Assembly (NCBI RefSeq): GCF_009914755.1
Contig: NC_060947.1
DNA length: 64,000 nucleotides
DNA from: the human T2T-CHM13v2.0 reference genome, Homo sapiens
Direction: 5' to 3' (one strand)
Below the pieces are notes generated by a model, which was not told where the DNA came from, did not search any database, and saw only the letters and a list, made by a program, of their open reading frames with translations. Of the stretch, positions 11,814 through 28,950 are shown in pieces. The position numbers were made by a program, and so were the translations under genes. Each line of letters opens with the position of its first letter. Positions within the stretch are counted from its first letter, which is position 1.

Positions 11814-12500
11814 ATCAGCCCTTAGTCCACCGCATCATCCTTTTCACTATTTTTACAGGAACTCTAATCACAATCGGTTCACACTGACTCTTCATTTGAA
11901 TAGGGTTAGAAATAAACACGCTGGCCATCATCTTTATTTTATTCAAGAAGGCTAAACTCTGTTCCACAGAAGCAGCCACCAAATACCTCCTTCCAAATAC
12001 GAGGAACCACATCCATAAGTCTAACAACAGCCATTATTATCAATATAATGTATTCTGGGCAATGAACAATTTCAAACATGCTGAACCAAACAGCATTCCT
12101 GATAATTATTGTTGTTCTAGTACAGAAACTGGAAATATCCTCCTTTCACTTTTGAGTTCTTGTAGTAACATAAGGAATCGCACTAATATCAGTATAATTA
12201 TTCTTAATGACAGATACTAGCACCAATTTCTATCATATTCCAAATCTTTCCCTCAGTGGACCTAAATACACTATTAACAATTGCAGCACTATCTATCTTA
12301 GTAGGAGATTAAGGGGGGCTCAATCAAACACAGCTCTGAAAAATGTTAGCATATACGTCAATTGCCGATAAAGTTTGAATAATTGCAATTTTAATTTACA
12401 ATCATGTCATTACAATCTTAAGTCTACTAACTTACCTAATATTAACAGCAACTGTATCTATTCTCAATATGAATATAAATACTAAAACATTATCTACATG
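11814..12500 (+). pseudogene. MT-ND2 pseudogene, 3'-truncated
   Basis: atttgaatagggttagaaataaacac; tccacagaagcagccaccaaatac; gggggctcaatcaaacacagct; similarity stops near 12500. Confidence 0.9.
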
Positions 12501-12947
12501 ACTGAGTGCTGTTACCTCACCCACTCACAAAACACCAAAAAGATATTTTCTTTATTAGCCTGTGGACTACAAGGTAATTAAACCCTGCCACCAAATTCAG
12601 CTTAAAATAACAAAATAAAACAGTAACAACAAATGTTAATAATTATGTATGTATTAAACAGGATCATTCAACTTCAAGAAGGAAGCAGTTTTAGTCTCCT
12701 CTGGGAGTTTTCAAAAGGAAACTATCAAACTGTATAAGTAGCACAGAGGAGATAATAGCAGTGTTTACAGGACTGTATCTTTCCTTCAGTTAACAGTGTT
12801 GAGTACTCACTCTGCAGGGGTCTGTAAGAGAAGGTGAAAAAAGATATTATGTTTGCCCTTTAATTGTTCACAACCAGGTAAGGTGGAAGCATCTCACGTG
12901 TGTGTAGCCTGCTTCTGCGTAAATACTGGGCAGCAGTGGGTAACACT

Positions 12948-12978
12948 TGTGTGTGTGTGTGTATGTGTGTGTGTGTGT
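12948..12978. repeat. (TG)n microsatellite
   Basis: tgtgtgtgtgtgtgtatgtgtgtgtgtgtgt. Confidence 0.9.
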
Positions 12979-14474
12979 ATTTGCTGCATGTCATTTTATT
13001 TATATTACTAAACTAAGGGGAAATAATGAAACCTACTAAGGTAATTCAGTTACACACCTATCCACTAATATATTTCTTGCAATTCAGTCATAGGAAAGAC
13101 TATTCCCTTGTATTCTTAATTCTACAAGGATTTAATGGTCTCAAGTACACTATTTATTCCATAGAGTTTCTTTTGTCATCGGTCTTCAAGGAATATCACC
13201 CATAATATTGGCTTTCAGAGATGTTCAGTGTAAAGAGCCTTTGCCCAGTCTCAAGTAGCAGCAAAACTCTTCTCTACTTTTTCTTCCTTCAAACTCAATC
13301 TGAATGGAAACCCAACCTTTACCAAGCTGCTGCAGTTTCTTCTTACCCCCACATCTCTTCTACTTTAAAGTCTACATAAAGATGCCTGGGCCTGCCTGTT
13401 GTTTCCATGACAACCCTCCCCTGCAGTTCATCTGTAAGAACATCTCCAGGTTTCAGTTAAGTCTACAGTGATGTTACCTGGGTCAGTTCATTCTGTGGAA
13501 TACACAATTAGACAAGCTCATTATTAGTAAAGCATTAGCTTCGAATGATCAACTGCCTAATAATGTCCCTAAAATAAATCAAATTACTCATTGTTCAGAT
13601 GGAGTAAATAGGTACCAATGTTGACAAAGTTCGTTTAAATTTTTGAAATTTCAGAGAAGAAGGTTGTGAGTTTGCATTATTTTTAAATTGGCTAAAAACC
13701 ATGCTTGATGTATAGATAGTGCCATTTAATAGTACTCTGACACTGTCAGAAAGTATTTAGGGCCAAGACACTGGCTCTTTCCAAATAGGATAGATGACAG
13801 CTGAGAAAAAGAAACATCTAAATGACTGACTGAAGTTTTCTGCTTTTCTTCCTGATGTTTGGCAGCGTGTACAGATTATTTTCGTAGATATTTACCAATT
13901 TTGGAACTCAGAACCAATCAAGTTCCAGCAAAAACAGTTTTTACTTCTTTAAAAAAAATATTGTGTTGTGCTAATAACCATTCAGAGTCTATTAAAGCAC
14001 AGCTAGTTCAAATTTAATTAAAATTTCCAAATGCTGATTGAATAAACCTTTACTGAGTTATTTGCTGTTGACACGTTTGTCCTAAAACACTTTCAATTTT
14101 ATAATAATTGGTAAACTACAATATTTGGTTGAATTGAACATAATGGAATAGACCTTTTTTTAATGTTTTTATGGCAGTAGGAGAGTTGGGTCAAATGGTC
14201 ATCTTAAAGTTGTGCCTTCATGTGCAAGTAAGTTAGTCATTTTGCCTGCGAACAGTTAAGTCATTGAATAAGTAAGGCACCCTTTAGTTTCCATCCATCT
14301 TCATTTTCAATAATGTCTAAAATCTTATGAAAAGGAGATTTTGTTCAAGGCATGTGATTGCTGTTTTCTGATATTATGACGTGGATATTTAAGCCAGGAC
14401 ACTGAGGTTTGACCTCGCTGTGGTTACATGCCAAGGAAATGTGTATGAACATTTTACATCGTTCACACTAGTCT

Positions 14475-14710
14475 AGTGGCGTGTAGAGCTATAATGAAGC
14501 CAGAGGGAAAAGGAAAAGTCAGTAATACTGAACCTGTCTTTATTTAAAATTTTGATGTTTTATTCGTTGTGTATCTAATGCATTAATTTTGATTTTTAAA
14601 AAACATTGGATTAAAGTATTGTTTATCATTATACTGAGTTTTTTGGCTATCCTTGAATTTTGCAACGAAGGCAATTGCCCCTCACTCACCCTACACTAGT
14701 CTTGGTCCTG
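14475..14710 (-). mobile_element. MER96B-like hAT element
   Basis: cctgtctttatttaaaattttgat...cctcactcacccta...ctagtcttggtcctg matches recalled MER96B antisense. Confidence 0.55.
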
Positions 14711-14734
14711 CACCAGTCAATATAAACCTGTGGG

Positions 14735-14865
14735 GTTTTTTGGTATTTATTTCAATAGTTTTGGGGGGACAGGTGGTTTTTGGATACATTGATAAGCTCT
14801 TTAGTGATGATTTCTGAGATTTTGGTTCACCCGTCGCCCAAGTAGTGCACACTGTACCCAATATG
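14735..14865 (-). mobile_element. L1PB 3' terminal fragment
   Basis: tatttatttcaatagttttggggggacaggtggtttttgg...gatttctgagattttgg. Confidence 0.75.
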
Positions 14866-15764
14866 GATTCCAGAAGCACCTTCGGGGCATATGAACGCTA
14901 TTTGATTTGTAACCACTAGATGGAGACTTTTTCATTAGGTAGCACAGACCCCCTCACTCAATCTCTTGAGTTAAAGGGTATTGTAGTTGTCAGAGATACA
15001 ACATCCAAACCTGGGAAAACTATATTCTTGGTTAATTCAAAACAGGAGTTAGGGAGAATTTTTATAAATAGTAAAGGCGGTTGATACCGTTATTATCAGA
15101 GTCCAAATTGAGGAATCTCAGTTTTGGCTTCTAAATCTGCTTTCAATTCCAACTGTGTTTACTATGTTGAATCTCAGTTTCCTTATGCATAAAAGGCAAG
15201 TAGTCATAGTATCTACCTATTAGGATTGCTTTCCGTGCAAATATAGATTTGAAATATCCTAACAAAATGACTGGTCATCAATAAATATTAATTGCATTTT
15301 CTCTTTCCTTTTTTTTTTTTTTTAACAGAAGATGTGAAATAGAAAGAATAGTCTATTAGCACCAAGGGAAATGCATTCAACATTATGTCCCCTCCCAATT
15401 ACTGTTATTCAAAACCATGTTTAGAATAACAAAACTTCAGAAATGCCAAGAAAGCTTCCACTCTGGCTAAGCTTATTCCAGAGATCAGCTCCTGGTCTTC
15501 TCCTAAGTCAGACTACCTGCTATGGAAGTGGACTCATTTATTTCCATCCAACAAATGCTTTTAATGCACCAGAATTTTGTGTGCAGGATTTTGCTAGGGG
15601 TTGAGGATATAGAAATAAGACAAAACACTGTTACTAGAATCTCGCAGTATCTAAATTAGGTGTGAGGTTAAATAATATATACATAAGTTATGATTTGATT
15701 CTACAAATATTTATTGAGATTCTACAATGTACAAGACATTGCACTGGGCAATGACTGGCATAAA

Positions 15765-16030
15765 AATGCCTAGCACGGTCAGAAAAACACAAACCTGTTA
15801 GAGACAGAGACCCACATTCAAATCTCAATTCTGCTTCTTCCTGACTGTGTGACCATTTATGAGTCCCCAACTTCTCTGAATCTCATTTACTCTCAACTAT
15901 AAAATGGAGATCATTCTCTCATGTGACTGTTGTGAGGATAGCATGTTATTCTGCATACTGCATACTGCTTCGGACAGCACCTGACACATAGTAAGAACTC
16001 AAAAAGAGTCAGTTATTATGAGTAATAATA
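15765..16030 (+). mobile_element. MIR
   Basis: ctgtgtgacc...aacttctctgaatctcat...tataaaatggagat...gttgtgaggat...cctgacacatagtaag. Confidence 0.8.
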
Positions 16031-16299
16031 GTAATTTTAGGATCCACCAACAAACTGTGTACTATGAAGCTTCCAGTGTAGAAGTTGTAACGCAATGACT
16101 TCTCTTCTATTTCTTCTTAACCTGGCTCATTCTCCTTCCCAGTTGAAATAATGAGATGAGATTGTTTTTCTGATAAATTTATGAAAACAATCTTCTAATG
16201 AGGAAGACTCTCAGGAGAATCTTCCTTACAGATGGGCATGCAGAAAGCAGTGACGTATCAGTGAAGAGGTTGAAGAGTGGGTATTTTGTAAATTTGTGT

Positions 16300-16438
16300 G
16301 TTTATTTTCGGAGGTATACATACTATCACCATAGTAGATTTCAAGCTACCAAAGGTATAACAACCAGCTAGAGAAATTTCTGAAAATTTAACAAGCGGTT
16401 CTCCTGGGCCAGTCTGAACAAATTCCAGCACACCACTG
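16300..16438 (-). mobile_element. MER63-like hAT fragment
   Basis: gatttcaagctacc...ctgaaaatttaacaa...ccagcacaccactg terminus. Confidence 0.45.
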
Positions 16439-16587
16439 GCAGAAAGCCTATGGGTGCCCATCTGCATTGTTTAAGGTATTGAGGACTTCTTAAGAAATAC
16501 AAGCCATAGATGTTTTCAGATTTATTTTGAATTTTTAAATCAGGATTCTGAATCTTTACTAAAGAACTTCCCAATGTAAAGTTTTCA

Positions 16588-16725
16588 GTCTTTCTCTTTC
16601 TCTTTCTTTCTTTCTTTCTTTCTTTCTTTTTCTTTCTTTCTTTCTTTTTCTTTTCTTTTCTTTTTTCTTTTCTTCTCTCTCTCTCTCTCCTTCCTTCCAT
16701 CCTTCCTTCTGTCCTTCCTTCCTTT
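16588..16725. repeat. CT-rich simple repeat: (TTTC)n, (CT)n, (CCTT)n
   Basis: Direct inspection; sits at the tail of an antisense L1MA. Confidence 0.9.
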
Positions 16726-16845
16726 TTATTTTTAATTGACTAATAATAATTGTATATATGTACAGGGCACAATGTGATGTTTTGTTCTACGTATACAGTG
16801 TAGAAAGATTTGATTAAGCAATTTAACATATTTATCTATCATATA

Positions 16846-17250
16846 GAAGTGGAGGCTGTTATCTTGAGTGAAGTAACTCAGAAGCAGAAAGTCGAAGACA
16901 GCGAGTTCTTATAAGTGAGAGCTAAATGATGTGTACGCATTAACATAGACAGTAGAATAATAAACATTGAAGACTCAGAAGACTGGGAGAGAGGGAGGGG
17001 GTGAGAAATGAGAAATGACTTAATGGATACAATGTGCAATATTAGGCTGATGGCTACACTAAAAGCCCAGACTTCACCACTATGTAATATATCCATGTAA
17101 CAAAACTACAGCTGAACTCTTTAAAACTCGAACTCCTGACCTCATGATCCTCCCACCCTGGCCTCCCAAAAGTGCTGGGATTACAGGGGTGAGCCACTGC
17201 ACCCAGCTTAAATGGACTCCTTAAATCTATACAAATAAAAATATTTTAAA
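16846..17250 (+). mobile_element. L1PB (L1PB4-like) 3' end
   Basis: gtgaagtaactcagaagcagaaag...gctacactaaaagcccagacttcaccactatg. Confidence 0.8.
17126..17207 (-). mobile_element. Alu 5' fragment only (~82 bp), no tail
   Basis: ctcgaactcctgacctcatgatcc...gtgagccactgcacccagc. Confidence 0.85.
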
Positions 17251-17491
17251 AATTCAAAAAACCTATTCATCATTTTTCCAATTTATCTTTTCTGTGGTAA
17301 GAACATTAAAATATATATATATATATATTCTTTTATAAACTGTGGCCACCATGCAGTATAATCGATGACTAAAACTTATTCCTCCAGCAGAACTAAAACT
17401 TCGGTCCCCTTGATCAACATCTTCCTCTTCCCCATCCCCCCACTTCTTCCAAGCCTCTGGTAATTACCTTCCTACTCTCTCTCTCTCTCTC

Positions 17492-20421
<2,930 letters not shown>

Positions 20422-21144
20422 CTACTCTCTTTCTTAGCCAAGTGAATGTATTTTGAATGACTGATCCTGGACAGTTGGCATGAAATAGTGTCTAACTGCT
20501 CTGTATCTACCTTGTTTGTGTTGTGAAAATGGCCTACATTCTTGGTGCCCCACCATCAGTAAAAGAAAAAAAGCATAAAGATGGCATCATGTGGTTTTCC
20601 AAATTCTCCTAATCTCTTTGTTACAGAAGCAAACTCAAGACTGGATGGTGCTTGTACTTAAAGCCTGGAGAATATGGCCACATTTTCACAGGCAGGGAAG
20701 TATTATTCATATTTCTAATGCTGCTTCTCATGTGCAAAGCATACATGAATCAAATTTCTTAAAATTCAGTTAAACAAGTCTCCACAAGTGAAATATAATG
20801 GGTGAGGTATTAAGAAACTTAATGACTATTTCTCTGTTACATTTACCATCATGCTAGCTTTTGCCAATAAATAGTTAAAGGAAGAAAAGAGTCCATTATA
20901 GCCTTAATGAATGCACCCATTAGGTCACAGCTATATATTGACTAATTGTAATTTATCAGAAGCTACACATATATTCGTTTGAAATAACCGTGACAAAATT
21001 CTGCATGCTTTTAGGTATTCATATTTTTGTTTTGCACATAAAAACATGTAGTTACATAAAAACATCTTACAAAGGTCATACAAGTAGGAAATAGAAATCA
21101 GAATTTAAATCCACGTGTGTGTGACTTCACAGCACGTATTGTCA

Positions 21145-21552
<408 letters not shown>

Positions 21553-21670
21553 TTATGTACTAAAGACAACCAGGCCTCTCTCAGTCAAACCACGAGCAAC
21601 ACAATTTGAAAAAATGGCCAGACTCCCCATTCCACATCAAACTCATCTGCACATTATTTTTTTTTTTTTT

Positions 21671-22200
21671 ACAAAGCACTATTTTTAATTGATATATAAT
21701 AGATGTACATAGTTTTGGGGTACATGTGATAATTGAACATATTCGTATAATTGGTAAAGATCAAAGCAGCATATCTGGGCTGTCACCTTAAATATTTGTA
21801 TTTTCTTTATGCTACAACTATCTGCATTTTTCTTGGTATTTTGAAATACACAATAGATTATTTTAAACTATAGTCACCCTACTGATCTATCTAACACTAG
21901 GTGTTATTTCTTCTGTCAAACCATATATTTGTGCCCATTAATCAATTTATCTTCATTCCCCCTCACCCAGCTCTTCCTGGACTCTAGTTATCACCAATCT
22001 ACTCTGTCTGCATGAGATCCACATTTTTAGCTGCCACATGTGAGTGAAAACATGCAAAATTTGTCTTCCTGTGCTTGGCTTATTTCACTTAATGTAATGA
22101 CCTCCAGCTCCATCCATGTTGCTGCCAATGACAGGATTTTATTCTTTTTTGATGGCAGAAGAATATTCCATTGTTTATATATAAATGTCACATTTTCTCA
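21671..22200 (-). mobile_element. L1MA 3' end (probably transduced, see findings)
   Basis: tttttaattgatatataatagatgtacatagttttggggtacatgtgataa... Confidence 0.8.
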
Positions 22201-23203
22201 TTTTCTTTTTTTTTCTTCAACCTTTATTTTAAGCTCCAGTGTACATGTGCAGGATGTGCAGGTTTATTACACAGGTAAACATGTGCCATGGTGGTTTGCT
22301 GCACAGATCAACCTGTCACCTAGGTTTTAAGCCAAGCACCAATTAGCTATTATTCCTGATGCTCTCTCTCCCCCTGTCCCCAACTACAGGCCCCAGTGTG
22401 TGTTGTTCCCCCCATGTGTACATGTGTTTTCATTGTTCAGCTCCCACTTATAAGTGAGAACATGCAGTGTTTGGTTTTCTGTTCCTGCATTAGTGTGCTG
22501 AGGATAACAACTTCCAGTTCTATCCATGTCCCTGCCAAGGACATAATCTCATTCCCTTTTTTGGCTGCATAGTATTCCATGGTGTATATGTACCACATTT
22601 TCTTTATCCAGTCTGTGACTGATGGACATTTGGGTTGATTCCATGTCTTTGCTATTGTGAATAATGTTGCAATGAACATATGTGTGCATGTATCTTTATA
22701 ATAGAATGATTTATATTCCTTTGGGTACATACCCAGAAATGAGATTGCTGGGTCAACTAGTACTTCTGCTTCTAAATCTGTGAGAAATCACCACACCATC
22801 TTCCACAATGGCTGAACTAATTTACATTCCCACCAACAGTGTTAAAGTGTTCTTTTTCTCCACAACCTTACCAGCACCTGTTGTTTCTTAACTTTTTAAT
22901 AATTGCCATCTGTCTGGCATAAGATATTATCTCATTTTGGTTTTAATTTGCATTTTTCTAATGATCAGTGATGTTCAGCTTTTTTTTTCGTATGTTTGGT
23001 GGCCACATTAATGTCTTCTTTTGAAAAGTGTCTGTTGATATCCTTTGCCTACTTTTTAATGGGGTTGTTTGTTTTTATCTTGTAACTTTGTTTAAGTTCC
23101 TTGTAGACTCTGGATGTCAGACCTTTGTCAGATGGATAGATTGCAAAAATTTTCTCCCAGTTTTTAGGTTATCTGTTCCCTCTGCTGATATTTTCTTTTG
23201 CTG
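22201..23203 (-). mobile_element. L1PA8-10-like, 5'-truncated
   Basis: tacatgtgcaggatgtgcagg...gtttgctgcacagatcaacc; [37 protein letters not shown]. Confidence 0.88.
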
Positions 23204-23478
23204 TCATCTGCACATTATTGATGCATGTACCTTCCTCACAGATTCGAGGAGTTAGAGTTTCTTAGGCTTAAGTAAGCAGTGCATAGGGACAAGGGAAGGG
23301 TAGTTAAGATAGCAAATTAACACTTTGGGCAATATTCCTCTTAAACTGAGTCATCTTTAAACATCTACTTATTAAAAATACACCAGAAACTAAGTGACAA
23401 ATCTAAGCTGGCCATGACTCTAGGGCTCTCAAATCATAAATGTATAAACATAAGTAAATCAGATTAAAAAGCCTCAAG

Positions 23479-23696
23479 TAGGGTTGTCAGATAAAATACA
23501 AGACATTTAGTTAAATTTGAAATTCTAATAAACGATGCATATTTTAGCATAAGTGTGTCCCAAATATTGCATGGGGTATACATATACTAAAAAATGTGTA
23601 CTTATGCTGAAGTACCAATGATAAATCACTACTCATCAGTTATTCAAATTTAACTGTGTGTTCTACATTCTTATTTGCTAAATCTGGCAACTTCTA
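23479..23696. mobile_element. MER53 hAT MITE
   Basis: tagggttgtcagataaaatac ... aaatctggcaacttcta; perfect 8-bp TSD GCCTCAAG at 23471-23478 and 23697-23704. Confidence 0.85.
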
Positions 23697-24550
23697 GCCT
23701 CAAGAGAATATGGGTTGATAATTGAATAACATTTAATGCTCCCACCTTCAATACCATCCCTCGAGTAGCCTGACCTGCTGTATATCAAGCTGCTAAGACA
23801 CATGTAAAAAGACAACCCGTGATATACTCCAGGCAAAAAAGAAAAAAAAATGAAATAAACTTTTCCCAGGGTACCCTTTCACTTACCATTGACTCTACTC
23901 CAACCCCCAACTCTTTCAACTTGACAACTTTAGAACCTAATATGCACTAGACATGGTAACTTTTAGAAGTTTCATCCCATGTTGTACCATATATACTGAA
24001 ATTTATTAATTTCTTAATAATTAAATTAATCTCTTAATATCTATGCACAGTGGTAGACTTCAGATGCATGTGACTACATGTCATAATGTTAAAGAGTCAA
24101 TCAAACATTTATTCATTTTTACTTTTTTTTTTTTTTTTCCCACTCGGGAGCTAATTTTGTTTTTAGGTCTCAACCATTTCCACAATCTCATGCAAAGCTC
24201 ACAGGTCCCATATTCTGTTCCTTCCATGCCAAATGGATAAAATGGCTCTTCCTGGTCCCCCTCTATCTTCTAAGGGCTGATAAAGCATAGACAATTCAGG
24301 CATACTTGACTTTATGCCTATATATGTTCCTGGAAAAGTCCACTGGCTTTGCATTTATTCAACTGAATTCTTGCCGAATGTACTGTCCAATAAAGATGAC
24401 CCTTAACTGGGAGTAAAGTGATGGAGCTCCCCTCGTCCTGGCTTAACCATTTATGAAATCAATGACCCAGAGACCTCTGAAGCCTCGTGTATAGAAAAGA
24501 TATTAAATCTAGCTTTACTTTCCCATGTGATTCCTGTAATAATCCAGTGA

Positions 24551-24961
<411 letters not shown>

Positions 24962-26690
24962 TAAAATACAAACACTCCATTTTCTAAGCTATAAATCGGA
25001 ATTGGTATAGCAGATTTCTCTAAAGCAAGACCTCTCTGTTTCAACTAAAGTAGCACAAGAAGGAAATCTCCAATCAATGTCTCCATGTAGATATCTAAGT
25101 CAATTAGTAGAGCATTTTAATTAGATTAGACTCATTTTGAATGTTGTTTATGAAATGTATTTAATTTTTTTTCTGTTTTGGTTTTGCATGTTGGTTTCTG
25201 TAGCTGTCCATGTAGTTATGGCAGTTTTGCAACACACACAGGGCAGAAAAACAAACAAACAAACAAAAAAAACAGTTGTTTAGTCTAAAGGCAAGACAGA
25301 GATTCTGTGTCTACATTGTATATAAAGCCTCCTGGCTGTGAATATTAACCTCTAGTATAATGAATACCTTGTATTTCTTGTATATCAGGCCAGAGCTCTT
25401 CTTATACTGCCAGGCATCCAGCAGCCTCTAAAGACTGGGAGTAGCTGCTGCCCCAAATGGCTGGGTATCATGAAAACCCTTCTACTGTGCAGTGTGATCA
25501 TGGAGGAGGTCCACGGGAGAGATTGGAACTTCAAATAAAATATTTACAGTCTATTTGAGTTAATGAAATAGTTTCCTATCAGCTGGATGTGTGTGTCTAT
25601 GTGTGCCCACATTTTTGCAAATAATACTGAGCAATTCTATCAGAGAATTGAGACTAGTGATACCTTTGAAAGCCCTCCTGACTGTAACAGATACTGTTTA
25701 TTAAGGACGTTATTTTGTTTGAAATACACATCATTTGGCTGTTCCATTTTTATTTTCTGCTCTCTTGCCTCTGTAGGTTTTCAAGTTGAACTACTTAGAA
25801 AATGTTTACAGCTTTAATTTTTTCCCATAACTGAATGCGATTTTTTTCTTTGATTTTTCCCCCTAAGGATCATTTTGCCATTTTGATTTTGCCCAATGAG
25901 ATGTCAAGGAAGGTATACTAACATTTATTGAACCCCTGCTATGTTACAGATAACTAGACACTAGGTGCCTCCTATGTACATTATTCAATTCCATCCACGA
26001 GACTGTGAGGCACAGATGACCATTACCTTCAACATACAGATGAGAAACTGATGCTTTGACTTCAAAACAGGTGACTGGACACTTCCCATTACTAATAGTA
26101 AATTCATTTTTATTCTTGTTTTCTATAGAAAAAATGCTCTTTTCCTCTCTTCTTACAATAGTACCTGTTCTTATCTTTAAAAGCCACTTCATTCTTGGAA
26201 GCATTATTAAGAGAAACTGAAAAATAAATAAATGAATAAATAAATAAATAAATAAATAAAAGCTTTCTCTTGAAGTCTCCCAAATCAGAAGAATTTTCTC
26301 AGTAGGGGCAGATTAAAGTATGGCCCTCAAGAGATGGATGAAATGTCCTCTTTGGCAGACTTACAGTTCCCATCTGTAGACCATCAGTCACCTGCATTCT
26401 CAAAGCTTTAGCTTGCTCACTCCCTCTTTCAGCACTAATGTATTTGCTGAGTTTGTTGTTTACAGAGTTACCCTGAAGATATAAAGGAGAGAATGTAAAA
26501 CGAGGGAAAGACCTCCTTTCTTCAGCTGTAAATAAGCCTGCTCAAGTTGACCTCTCATGGTAGTTTTAAGTATAAATTAGGAAACATCTCAAGTTCATGA
26601 GTCCTCTAAGTGAAAAAACAAGAAAGGAAAGTCACTAATTTCAATGAAGGAGCAGCCAATTCATCCGAAATGATCTACCTAAAGGCTTTA

Positions 26691-27048
<358 letters not shown>

Positions 27049-27334
27049 TTAAGATCTGGCTGACTTCTTAAGGTAAATGTTGAACATAATAATTTCATAA
27101 TGAAATGAAAGCAGATTTTATTTAGCCCAGCATCTATATGAAAAATTAAGAGAGCAATAGATAAAATATGTTTTTATATTATAAATTCATGTTTTACATT
27201 CACTTTAGAAAGTAATACAGCATTGAGTTTATTAATCTAATGATCTCTGACTTGTTTGATAATTTGATAATCTGCTTAGAGCAGTCCAAATTATTCTGTT
27301 TCTTCTATACCTTGTAAAATGATTATAAAATAGT

Positions 27335-27580
27335 TATTACTATTTTCATTAATAGAGTACTTACTACATGCTAGGTATTTGTTTAAGAACTCTGTTTATT
27401 ATTCAATTTAATTATCAAAACAACTTTTTAAGGTATGAATTACTATCTCTACTCTCCAGATAAGAAGGAGGGTTGGAGAAGAGTAATTTAGCCAAAAGTC
27501 ATTCTATCAGTAACTGACAATTAAACCTAAACCCTACTCTATCAGATTCCAGAACCCATGACTTAACTACTAGACTACAC
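27335..27580 (-). mobile_element. MIR
   Basis: tagagtacttactacatgctagg...cagataagaagg...atcagattccagaacccatg. Confidence 0.7.
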
Positions 27581-28426
27581 GGTCTGAGGCTTAGGTAGAA
27601 ATAATGAGTAGATTCATCTTTGAAATGGCTAGTGATTTACAACTCTTGGGTAAGTAGCAAGTCCCTCACATCTCAAGAAGGTCTTTGTTTTTATCTACAA
27701 ATTGAAGCCAAAAGGTTTACTAGGGATCAAATAAAATGACAGTTTATTCCCAAACATCTGTGGAATAAATAAACTAAAGAGGCAAGGAAATCTTAATCAA
27801 GGTAGCATGGGGAATATGAAGCCCAAGGAATACATGTATCCTATATAGACCAAAGGAGGTATGTGGCTCATGAAAGGATATTTGGCCAAGAGGAATATGT
27901 GGTCTGAGGGAAATATTAATATGTGGCCCAAATTGGCCCAAGTACCATCAGCCAATCTGCAGTCCTGTATCCATGGCCAACATTATACTGTGATCATGAA
28001 ATTTTTCCTACTGAATCTGAGCTTATGCTCAAAATTCTTCAAGAAATAGTCCCTCAAGTAGGAAATATAGGGCTGTCTTTAGAGTTAGCATGCGAAATGA
28101 AACTATTTGCTTATCGCTGAGAAAAATTTGAAAGTTGACTTAAGCAAGGTACATGTTTCTAAGCTACGGTGTTCTAAGTTATAAAGTACTAAGAAAACTT
28201 GTACTTAATGTATAACTTATGGTGATAGAACTGAAATGACCTCTTCTAAATGAGAAAGTAAATTTGATTTTTTCTTTTAAACAATATTTGCTCTTAATTG
28301 CTTGTTATCTTGCACAAAACAGAATCCTTTTTGTTTGATTACTTTGATCTCTCTAGTTTTTGTCCCTTTTGGACATTAAAAAAAAATCACTGTCATCAAT
28401 AAGTACATGCTGCTACTTTTGCACAG

Positions 28427-28950
28427 TATGATGGTTAATATTAGTGTCAACTTGATTAAATTGAAGGCTGCCTAGATGGCTGGTAAGGTACTGTTTCTGG
28501 GTGTACCCATGAGGGTGCCAAAAGAGATTGACATTTGAGTTAGGGGACTGGGAAAGGAAGACCCACCCTCGAATTGGGTGGTCACCATCCAATCAGCCGC
28601 CAGCATGAAAAAAAATAAATCAGGGAAAGAAGGTGGGATAACTTTGCTTGGGTCTTCTGGCTTTCTTCTTTTTTCCCATGCTGGATGCTTCCTTCTGCTC
28701 CTCCTGCCCTTGAACATCAGACTCCAGATTCTTCAGCCTTTGCACTCTTGGGCTTACACCAGTGGTTTGCCAGGGACTCTTGGGCCTTTGGCCACAGACT
28801 GAAGGCTGCACTGTAGGCTTTTATGGTTTTGAGGCTTTCAAACTTGGACTGAGCCACTACTGACTGCTTTCTTCCCCAGCTTGCAGACAGCTTATGGTAG
28901 GACTTTGCCTTGTGTGACTGTGAGTCCCTCTGGAGAACCCTAACTTAACA
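28427..28950 (+). mobile_element. MLT2 (MLT2A2/B-like) ERVL solo LTR
   Basis: tatgatggttaatattagtgtcaacttgatt ... ctctggagaaccctaacttaaca; 5-bp TSD CACAG. Confidence 0.88.

Larger units (their letters stand above)
16726..17480 (-). mobile_element. L1MA 3' end, interrupted by a sense L1PB
   Basis: tttaattgactaataataattgtatatatgtacagggcacaatgtgatg ... gtggtaagaacattaaaa ... ctctggtaattacc. Confidence 0.7.

Noticed and set aside
16368-16700. Lys/Arg/Glu-rich 110-aa ORF
   Set aside because: Translation of the (TTTC)n simple repeat.
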